Assembly: GCF_902713615.1 (NCBI RefSeq)
Contig: NC_052169.1
Location: forward strand, 18,186,439-18,250,438
DNA length: 64,000 nt
Source of the DNA: Scyliorhinus canicula
Lineage: Eukaryota
Direction of reading: 5' to 3'
In this document: in pieces, positions 33,901 through 44,900 of the stretch
Layout of the letters: the number at the start of each line of letters is the position of its first letter
Numbering within the stretch: position 1 is the stretch's first letter
Translations under genes and position numbers: made by a program
Notes under the pieces: model-generated
Seen by the model: only the letters and a program-made list of their open reading frames with translations
Database searches by the model: none
What the model was told of the DNA's origin: nothing

Positions 33901-36900
33901 GGGAGCTCGGGCTCACACTTACAGACTGAATTGAGGTGTTCTGCAAAATGGTCACCCAGTCTGCATTTGGTGTTCCCCAATGTAGAGGAGGCCACACAAT
34001 GAGCAGCAAATACAATATGTTGGCTACATTGTAAAAGGTACAAGTAGGTTGCTGTTCCACTGAGAGTGAATGTTTGGGGCCTCGGATGGTGAGAATGGAG
34101 GAGATAAAAGGAGAATCCTCAGCCGAGGGGAAAGGAAGACACATTGAAAGTGCTTATATAAAAGGTTACATTGTCCACAAAGATGCGATAGAGATGGAGA
34201 AATTGGAAAAATGAACTGGAGGTGGGAGAAAGTGTAGTCAAGGGAGTGATGCAAGTCAGTGTATTTATAGTATTGGTATCCCAGAAATGGAGGCCGCAAA
34301 GTCAAGGGAGGGAAGTGAAGAGTCAGAGATGGATGAAGTGAAGGTGACAGAAGGGTGGAAATTAATGTAAAGTCAATGAAAGTTTCCAATTCAGAGGGTG
34401 AGAGCTTATAAGGCTGGTCAAAGTGGAGAACAGCCATTGATCAGCATGGAATCCTTCACTATATTAACCATTCTCTAATCCTCCACTCCCCCCTAAAGAT
34501 CACTGTTGTCAGTTCCGGAAGTTGCTGGAGCTGATGTCTGACACTCTGTGTACCTTTTAACTGCTGATTCATCGATCAAACAGTACACATGCTCTGTGGA
34601 GGCAGAGGTAGAGTGGGTGCCCTGTCCTTCTCCAGGCCTTGGCTGGCTCATTGCCGTTGGAACACTGGACACTGCGTACGCAACATGTTCATTTTCATCT
34701 GTCTGTTCCTTCCTGGGAAACACAGAGTATGGTAAACCTAGAAGAAAGGATTGCAACGCAAGGTCTGCTGTCAGTTTCAACTCTCAAAATGATAGGCTCG
34801 GTAATGTTGGGCAGTAATCCTGGTCACTTACATTCGTCCTCCTGTGTCAGTTGCACATCACCGTCCCTACAGTTATTAAAAAATAGATTTGTAAATATTT
34901 CATTAAATGGACAGGACAATGCAGAAATGTCCAAAAACTGAGTGAAAACCCTGCCTACCTCTGTCCGGGTGCCGAGGATCCTTCACAAATGTAACAAGAT
35001 TGGAAAGACAAAGTTAAAAATCTTTGGAAGGAGTCTGCATTAAATATAATTTTCTAGATTTAAATTCAACATTTTATAACTCTGACTTACCTTTGCCCAT
35101 TTGTCGTTTCCGTCTGATTATGCAAATTGCCCCAACAATGCAAATAAGTGCAACCACACACACTATGGCGATGATCACAGGTTTATTTTTACTGTTTAAA
35201 TCTACAGAGGAGAAGCAACATTAGATTCAGGTTGTGCAATCCTGTATTATACGTCAGGTTTCTTACACTGCCTACCTAACTTTCTAGTTACAATCTGGAA
35301 TAGTAAATGGCGAAGGGAGGAAATTGAACCAATTTACAATGGGTACAAACTGTACAAACAGACCCAGAATTTCTCAGCTGGAGTTATTGACATTAAATGA
35401 TTCATATCGCGGATGATGTGTTGGGTAAGCTGGGTCTGCGAGGACTGCGTTTACCATAGCAGTGAGAGAGACAGGCTTCCAACACTTGGAGAAATGCAAC
35501 TCGATTTTATTGAACTACCAACTATTAAACATACTTTAACTGTGGGTTGACACTATGCTGAGTTGACTGAAGACCCGAGGCTAACCTGACCAGACTATCT
35601 TACTACCAGATGGTGTATGTTCTAGTTGCTGCTCACAGGCTCTGGCTGTCTCAGAGGCTGCATCCCAAGAGAGCGGGAAAACTAGTGCCCTCTGGCTTTA
35701 TAGTGGCCGTGTCCTGTCTGGTGGTTGGCTGCTGTGTTCTGTGTTCATTGGTCATCATGTGTGTCAATCAATGTCTGTCTGTGCACCATCATATATTTGT
35801 GTGTATATTATGACAGCTTACTTACTTACTTTCACTTTTGAGAGGAGTTACACTGGTGGTCACTGGAGATATTTTGAGTGTTGAGTTGAGGGTGTCTGAC
35901 GATACACTACTCCAGATTGCAGTCAAGGTTACCTGGTCTGGGGAACTAACATTCCAGGTAGAATCTGGAATGATAAATGGCGAAGGATGGAAATTGAGCC
36001 AGTTTACAACGGCTACAGACTCCCTCAGCTGGAATTCTTGATATTAAATGATTTATATCATATTGTCCATTGTCTGACTTACCGTCACTATTTGTATGAG
36101 TTCCACTGCTGGTCACTGAGGATAATCCAGATGTTGAGGTCACTGAGGATAATCCAGATGTTGAGGTCACTGAGGATAATCCAGATGTTGAGGTCACTGG
36201 GGATAATCCAGATATTGAGGTCACTGAGGATATTCCAGATATTGAGGTTTGAGTCTCCGGAGATTCTGTATTTTCTGTCACAGTGAGGGAGATGTTTGCT
36301 GCAATCTTCCAGACAGGTTTCCCTTTGGCCTGAGCGTGTACAACACAGAGATACCTCCCAGTGTCCATCTCCGTGACTGAGTGAATAGTAAGGTTGTGAG
36401 CCTGGTTTGCATTTGTAGGATTGTGTGAGCTTTGGTTAGAGATTCTTTGTGACAACTTTCTATCCACACAGCATCGTGTGTTAGAATGTACATCCCCTCC
36501 CTCAATATGTACAGAGTGCAGACACTGGTTAATTTCTCCAGATGTGATCCAAAACAGAGTGAAGGGCTGGGATTCTTTATTCTCAAACAGGCAGGGTAAA
36601 GTCACATTCACTCCCTCTGACACTAACGAGGGGTTTTCATCAGTGGAAATTACTTTGTCTGAATCTAGAAACAACATTTAAAAGAATAATTGTTACTCGA
36701 ATAATCTCCAACGTGGTACTTTAGGGGCTGGTTTAGCTCAGTGGGCTAGACAGTGGGTTTGTAATGCAGAACAAGGCCAGAGCACGGGTTCAATTCCCGT
36801 ACACGCTGAGAATTCTGAATTCTCCCTCTGTGTATCCGAATGTGGCGACTAGGGGATTTTCACAGTAACTTCATTGCAGTGTTAATGGAAGCCTACTTGT

Positions 36901-39900
36901 GACAATAAAAGATTATTGTTATTGTCAAAGGATTTCCAGAAGTCCATGTTAACCACATTCACTGCATTTCTCCATTTACCTTGTCTGTTACGTCCTCAAC
37001 AGTTTGTCAAGCACATCGGGGGGAATTTTCATTTTTGTCTAGCCCACCGGCTCAATGCCAGCTTTTCCAGCCAGACGTTTTGAAACTCAGTCAAAAGAAA
37101 TCCTGGGGGCGGGTCCGAGGACGTCACTCTGACGGGATGGGCTCTGATTGAACCTGCCCACCAGGAACTTTAAGAGACCCGAGCGCCCTTCGATCCAAAC
37201 AGAATTAAATTAGAGAGAGGTGTCGTCCCTCCCGGAAATTAGGTGCTCCCCCATAAACACGCCTCTCGCTCGACAAGCCCCACCAAGCACGCAACCCCCG
37301 CCCCCTCCCCCAACCAGGAATATCCCCCTCCCCATACAGCTCCACATTATCTTACCCACACCTCTACTGGGAACTGCAATGCCAGGGGCAGTGCTGGGGG
37401 CAATGCCTGGGGACACTGTCTGGGCACAGTGCCAGGAGGCAGTGTCTGGGGACAGTGCCTGGGGACACTGTCTGGGCACAGTGCCAGGAGGCAGTGAATG
37501 GGGACAGTGCCTGGGGACACTGTCTGGGCACAGTGCCAGGAGGCAGAGTCTGGGGACAGTGCCAGGAGGCAGTGTCTGGGGACAGTGCCGGGGGGAGTGT
37601 CTGGGCACAGTGCCAGGAGGCAGTGTCTGGGGACAGTGCCAGGAGGCAGGGTCTGGGGACAGTGCCAGAAGGCAGTGTCTGGGGACAGTGCCAGGAGGCA
37701 GTGTCTGGGGACAGTGCCGGGGGGAGTGTCTGGGCACAGTGCCAGGAGGCAGGGTCTGGGGGCAGTGCCAGGAGGCAGTGTCTGGGGGCAGTGCCAGGAG
37801 GCAGTGTCTAGGGGCAGTGCCAGGAGGCAGTGTCTGGGGGCAGTGCCAGGAGGCAGTGTCTGGGCACAGTGCCAGGAGGCAGTGTCTAGGGGCAGTGCCA
37901 GGAGGCAGTGTCTGGGCACAGTGCCAGGAGGCAGTGTCTGGGCACAGTGCCTGGGGACACTGTCTGGGCACAGTGCCAGGAGGCAGTGTCTGGGGACAGT
38001 GCCAGGAGGCAGTGTCTGGGCACAGTGCCAGGAGGCAGTGTCTGGGCACAGTGCCAGGAGGCAGTGTCTAGGGGCAGTGCCAGGAGGCAGTGTCTGGGCA
38101 CAGTGCCAGGAGGCAGTGTCTGGGCACAGTGCCTGGGGACACTGTCTGGGCACAGTGCCAGGAGGCAGTGTCTGGGGACAGTGCCAGGAGGCAGTGTCTG
38201 GGCACAGTGCCAGGAGGCAGTGTCTGGGCACAGTGCCAGGAGGCAGTGTCTGGGCACAGTGCCAGGAGGCAGTGTCTGGGGACAGTGCCGGGGGGAGTGT
38301 CTGGGGGCAGTGCCAGGAGGCAGTGTCTGGGGACAGTGCCAGGAGGCAGTGTCTGGGGGCAGTGCTGGGGGGAGTGTCTGGGCACATGCCAGGAGGCAGT
38401 GTCTGGGGTCAGTGCCGGGGGGAGTGTCTGGGCACAGTGCCAGGAGGCAGTGTCTGGGGACAGTGCCAGGAGGCAGTGTCTGGGGGCAGTGCCAGGAGGC
38501 AGTGTCTGGGGACAGTGCCAGGACGCATTGTCTGGGGGCAGTGCCAGGAGGCAGTGTCTGGGGACAGTGCCAGGAGGCAGTGTCTGGGGAAAGTGCTGGG
38601 GGGAGTGTCTGGGGGCAGTGTCTGGAGGCAGTGTCTGGGGGCAGTGCCAGGTGGCAGTGTCTGGGGGCAGTGTCTGGGGGCAGTGCTGGGGGGAGTGTCT
38701 GGGCACAGTGCCAGGAGGCAGTGTCTGGGGACAGTGCCAGGAGGCAGTGTCTGGGCACAGTGCCAGGAGGCAGTGTCTGGGCACAGTGCCAGGAGGCAGT
38801 GTCTGGGCACAGTGCCAGGAGGCGGTGTCTGGGCACAGTGCCAGGAGGCAGTGTCTGGGCACAGTGCCAGGAGGCAGTGTCTGGGCACAGTGCCAGGAGG
38901 CAGTGTCTGGGGGCAGTGTCTGGAGGCAGTGTCTGGGCACAGTGCCAGGAGGCAGTGTCTGGGCACAGTGCCGGGAGGCAGTGTCTGGGGGCAGTGTCTG
39001 GAGGCAGTGTCTGGGGACAGTGCTGGGGGGAGTGTCTGGGCACAGTGCCAGGAGGCAGTGTCTGGGCACAGTGCCGGGGGGAGTGTCTGGGCACAGTGCC
39101 GGGAGGCAGTGTCTGGGGGCAGTGCCAGGAGGCAGTGTCTGGGGGCAGTGCCAGGAGGCAGTGTCTAGGGGCAGTGCCAGGAGGCAGTGTCTGGGGGCAG
39201 TGCCAGGAGGCAGTGTCTGGGGGCAGTGCCAGGAGGCAGTGTCTGGGCACAGTGCCAGGAGGCAGTGTCTAGGGGCAGTGCCAGGAGGCAGTGTCTGGGC
39301 ACAGTGCCAGGAGGCAGTGTCTGGGCACAGTGCCAGGAGGCAGTGTCTGGGGGCAGTGCCAGGAGGCAGTGTCTGGGGGCAGTGCCAGGAGGCAGTGTCT
39401 GGGCACAGTGCCAGGAGGCAGTGTCTGGGGGCAGTGCCAGGAGGCAGTGTCTGGGGGCAGTGCCAGGAGGCTGTGTCTGGTCACAGTGCCAGGAGGCAGT
39501 GTCTGGGGACAGTGCCAGGAGGCAGTGTCTGGGCACAGTGCCAGGAGGCAGTGTCTGGGCACAGTGCCAGGAGGCAGTGTCTGGGCACAGTGCCAGGAGG
39601 CAGTGTCTGGGGCAGTGCCAGGAGGCAGTGTCTGGGCACAGTGCCAGGACGCATTGTCTGGGGGCATGTCGGGGGGAGTCTCTGGGCACAGTGCCAGGAG
39701 GCAGTGTCTGGGGACAGTGCCAGGAGGCAGTGTCTGGGGAAAGTGCTGGGGGGAGTGTCTGGGGACAGTGTCTAGAGGCAGTGTCTGGGGGCAGTGCTGG
39801 GGGGAGTGTCTGGGCACAGTGCCCGGAGGCAGTGTCTGAGGACAGTGCCAGGAGCCAGTGTCTGGGGACAGTGCCGGGGGGAGTGTCTGGGCACATGCCA

Positions 39901-41867
39901 GGAGGCCGTGTCTGGGGGCAGTGCCGGGAGGCAGTGTCTGGGCACAGTGCCAGGAGGCAGTGTCTGGGCACAGTGCCAGGAGGCAGTGTCTGGGCACAGT
40001 GCCAGGAGGCAGTGTCTGGGGGCAGTGCCGGGAGGCAGTGTCTGGGCACAGTGCCAGGAGGCAGTGTCTGGGCACAGTGCCAGGAGGCAGTGTCTGGGGA
40101 CAGTGCCGGGAGGCAGTGTCTGGGCACAGTGCCGGGAGGCAGTGTCTGGGCACAGTGCCAGGAGGCAGTGTCTGGGGACAGTGCCAGGAGGCAGTGTCTG
40201 GGCACAGTGCCAGGAGGCAGTGTCTGGGCACAGTGCCAGGAGGCAGTGTCTGGGGACAGTGCCAGGAGGCAGTGTCTGGGCACAGTGCCAGGAGGCAGTG
40301 CCTGGGCACAGTGCCGGGGGGAGTGTCTGGGGACAGTGCCGGGGGGAGTGTCTGGTCACAGTGCCAGGAGGCAGTGTCTGGGGGCAGTGCCGGGGGAGTG
40401 TCTGAGGGCAGTGCCTGGGGACAGTGTCTGGGGGCAGTGCCGGGGGGGGAGTGTCTGGGCACAGTGCCAGGAGGCAGTGTCTGGGGACAGTGCCGGGGGG
40501 AGTGTCTGGGGTAGTGCCGGGGGGCAGTGTCTGGGGGCAGTGCCAGGAAGCAGTGTCTGGGGGCAGTGCCGGGGGGAGTGTCTGGGGACAGTGCCAGGGG
40601 GCAGTGTCTGGGGGCAGTGCCAGGGGGGAGTGTCTGGGGGCAGTGCCGGGGGGAGTGTCTGGGGGCAGTGCCGGGGGGAGTGTCTGGGGGCAGTGCCGGG
40701 GGGAGGGTCTGGGGGCAGTGGCAGGAAGCAGTGTCTGGGGGCAGTGCCGGGGGGAGTGTCTGGGGGCAGTGCCGGGGGGGAGTGTCTGGGGGCAGTGCCG
40801 GGGGGAGTGTCTGGGGGCAGTGTCTGGGGGCAGTGCTGGGGGGAGTGTCTGGGGGGAGTGTCTGGGCACAGTGCCAGGAGGCAGTGTCTGGGCACAGTGC
40901 CGGGGGGAGTGTCTGGGCACAGTGCCAGGACGCAGTGTCTGGGCACAGTGCCAGGAGGCAGTGTCTGGGGGCAGTGCCAGGAGGCAGTGTCTGGGGGCAG
41001 TGCCGGGGGGAGTGTCTGGGGGCAGTGCTCGGGGGAGTGTATGGGGACAGTGCCGGGGGGAGTGTCTGGGCGCAGTGCCAGGAGGCAGTGTCTGGGGGCA
41101 GTGCCGGGGGGAGTGTCTGGGGGCAGTGCCTGGGGGCAGTGTCTGGGGGCAGTGCCAGGGGGCAGTGTCTGGGGGCAGTGCCGGGAGGCAGTGTCTGGGG
41201 GCAGTGCCGGGGGGCAGTGTCTGGGGGCAGTGCCAGGAAGCAGTGTCTGGGGGCAGTGCCGGGGGGAGTGTCTGGGGGCAGTGCCAGGAGGCAGTGTCTG
41301 GGGGCAGTGCCGGGGGGAGTGTCTGGGGACAGTGCCGGGGGGAGTGTCTGGGGGCAGTGCCGGGGGGAGTGTCTGGGGACAGTGCCGGGGGGCAGTGCCT
41401 GGGGGCAGTGTCTGGGGACAGTGCCGGGGGGAGTGTCTGGGGACAGTGCCAGGAGGCAGTGTCTGGGGGCAGTGCCAGGAGGCAGTGTCTGGGGGCAGGG
41501 CCGGGGGGAGTGTCTGGGGACAGTGCCAGGAGGCAGTGTCTGGGGACAGTGCCAGGAGGCAGTGTCTGGGGGCAGGGCCGGGGGGAGTGTCTGGGGACAG
41601 TGCCTGGGGACAGTGCCAGGAGGCAGTGTCTGGGGGCAGGACCGGGGGGAGTGTCTGGGGACAGTGCCTGGGGACAGTGCCTGGGGACAGTGCCTGGGGG
41701 CAGTGTCTGGAGCACTGTCAGGATACTTACCGGATATAATCCTCCCCCCCCCCCCCTGGGGCTGTATTAACTGTGCCCCCCCCCCCCCCCCCCCCCCTCC
41801 TCCACTCCCCCTGTTCTCTTTACCACATCCCCGTTTGTCAAGCCAACATGACATCACGTCAGCCGGG

Positions 41868-41900
<33 letters not shown>

Positions 41901-44900
41901 ACATGACATCACGTCAGCCGGGTTGGGGGGGGATAACTCAGATGAAATGTGTGACCTGACATTGTGTTAATGGTATTAGGACGGAAGTTGAGATTTTTGT
42001 TCAACCTTCCAACCAGACAGATTGCAAAAGGAGTGGGAGGCTGTGAAGTACCAAGTGTACATTCTGAGTGTGTTTCTGTGCATCAGTGACAGTGAGTAAC
42101 ACCGGGGCAGACCCATCCTTTGAAAAAACGCTGTGATGCAGATACTAACTATCTGAACACTCAAGAGCTTTTAGTCAATGGTAACACTGCATCAACCCCC
42201 TCCATCCACTCTCACAGAGGATTAACATGGAACACAGGTTGAATGTTGGGTCACAATTTCACGTTTCACACGGGTGAGAATGTAACCCATGGCCTGTGAT
42301 TCCACCGGACTGGATCTAAGATAAATTGAAGGTCTGCCTCCCCATGACCTTACCAGCAACAGCCGTCCACATGATTGTCACATGGAAACATTCTTCCCTA
42401 CACCTGTGTTCTAATTTATTTTCACCAGTCTTAGCTCAAATTCCTTGTTCCAGTATCTTAACGTATCTTCAGTAGAGTCTGAACTTGCTGCATGAACGGT
42501 GCTGAATATAATTTTATGATTACTCTTCAGTTCATGTGTGTCACTGGCAATTTGCTATTTGTTGCCCATCACTAGTTGTCGTGGAGAAGTTGATATTCTA
42601 CCTGCCCCGCGGTGTCCATGTGGTGTGGGTACCCCCAAATGCTGTTGGGAGGGAGATCCTGGAGTTTGCCACAGTGAAGGAATGAAGATACAGGCCCCGA
42701 TCTAACCCTGTATCTAACCCGGACCCCGGTGTAAAAGCCTTTTGGGGAATCTTGGGTGGGATTCTCCGCTACCCCGCGAGGCGGGCCGTTCAGGCGCCGA
42801 GGAGTGGCGTGAACCACTCAGGCGTCGGGCCACCCGGAAGGTGCGGAATCCTCCGCACCTTCAGGGGCTAGGCCAGCGCCATCGGAGTTGGCATCGTGCC
42901 AACCGGCACCGAAGGGCCTCCGCCGGCCGGCGTGAGTTGGTGCATGCGCGGGAGCGCCCCCGTCAACCCAGCGCATGCGCAGTAGAGTTATTCTCCGTGC
43001 CGGCTATGGCGGACCGTTAAGCGGCCGGCGCAGAGGGAAAGAGTGCCCTCACGGCACAGGCCCGACCGCGGATCGGTGGGCCCCGATTGCAGGCCAGGCC
43101 ACCGTGGGGGCACCCTCCAGGGCCAGATCCCCCCGCGCCTTCCCTGAGGACACTGCAGGCCGCCCGTAGAGCCAGGTCCCGCCGGTACCGACCTGGTTTG
43201 ATTTACGCCGGTGGTACCTGCCAAAAACAGGTGGCCGCTCGGCCCATCGCGGGCTGGAGAATGGCCGGGGGGGATATTCCTGGTGGGGGATGGGGGGGGG
43301 GGGGGGTTGTGTGCTTGGTGGGGCTTGCCGAGGGAAGGGCGTGTTTATGGGGGAGCTCCTCATTTATAGGAGGGACCAAACCTCTCTTAATTTAATTCTG
43401 TTTGGATCGAAGGGCGCTCGGGTCTCTTGAAGGATTCACTCCGCTCTCCGGCCTAGCGGGGGGGTCGGAGAATCCCGCCCCATGATGGATTCTCCGCTCC
43501 CGCCGCCAATCCCACCTGTCAAAAACATGGGCAGAAAATGCCGGCCATCCTCTTTGGAATCTGTGTTGGTTGCGCCTCACATTCTATTATTTATTTACAT
43601 ACTTGATAATCTCATCTCAGTAAAGAATCTAAAATTGTCCCGAATGCCCACTAACTGTCCTAATGACCCCCGAACATCTCAGCTTAAATCTCTCCAATGA
43701 GCCTGGAATAATTCCCCTGATCTCTCCTGTGCACATACCGCTCAGATCTATCACCAGGAACAGGTCGTAGGTTTCACATCCTTTCTGTGTCAGGCTGGCC
43801 CAGGATGGACATTTTGATGATCCTCCTTTTCGGGTGGAATCTTGAACGGTGCAGGTAAATACCATTGAGTGATCTGGCTTCACAGCAAATGCCTTATCTT
43901 CATTTAATTTGCATTTCTGACACTGCAGTTTCCCTTTCCGATTCTTTTTCCGATTCTTTTTCTGAGGACCGATATTTTCGCAATCACCGTCTCCACGTTG
44001 TTTTCCACATGTTTCCATAGTTGCTGTTTCAGGACTGAAATCACTCATTGTGCACAAGGTTTTTACAGACCCAGCACCGGTACATTGTAGAATGGTGACA
44101 TCTCCTGATCTTCGGGGGAAGAGATAGGTGGATCCTGCAGGGAAAAGGACAGAATCAGATGAAGATAAATAACATTCCACGCAGAAGGATAATTAAATCT
44201 CAATGCCAATCAAAGCCTCGCACAGTAAACGTAAAATTGTAATTTTTGTTACACCACACAACGAGCTGCACAGTTAATTGCTGTTCCATTCATAAATCTT
44301 TGCAATCTATCAATATTTGCCAATTCAGAGCAATAGATTTTACAGAATTTACAGTGCAGATGGAGGCCATTCGGCCCATCGAGTCTGCACCGACTCTCGG
44401 AAAGAGCACCCTGCCCAAGCCCATACCTCCACCCTATCCCCATAACCCAGTAACCCCACCTAACACTAAGGGCAATTTGGACACTACGGGCAATTTAGCG
44501 TGGCCAATCCACCTAACCCGCACATCTTTGGACTGTGGGAGGAAACCGGAGCACCCGGAGGAAACCCACGCACACACGGGGAGAACGTGCAGACTCCGCA
44601 CAGTGACCCAAGCTGGGATTCGAACCTGGGACCCTGGAGCTGTGAAGGATTTGTGCTAACCACTGTGCTACCGTGCTGCCCTGAATAGACTGACTTTTTC
44701 CTGAAGGTAAATAATAATAATGCAACTTCGATCATCATCCTCTCTAAATTTTAAATTGTATTAATTTACAGGATGTGGCGTCACTGGCTTGGGCGGTGTT
44801 TATTCCCCATCCCTAACTGCCCTTGAGATGATGGTGGTGAGCACAGTGCTGCTTCAGTGGGATTTCCACAACTTTGACCCAGTGGCAGTGAAGGAACAGA

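Noticed and set aside
35946-36677. Rearranging Ig, IgNAR or TCR V segment
   Set aside because: The V domain is complete with its own G strand and continues into a mucin stalk in one exon. No RSS, J segments or C1 domains.
37210-41970. Keratin-associated or metallothionein-like ORFs up to 862 aa
   Set aside because: Same minisatellite artefact.
43739-44134. D1 as a captured retroviral env fragment (CPSW motif)
   Set aside because: Only a 4-residue resemblance. The phase 1-1 exon of Ig size and the B/F-strand context favour an Ig origin; HHpred would settle it.
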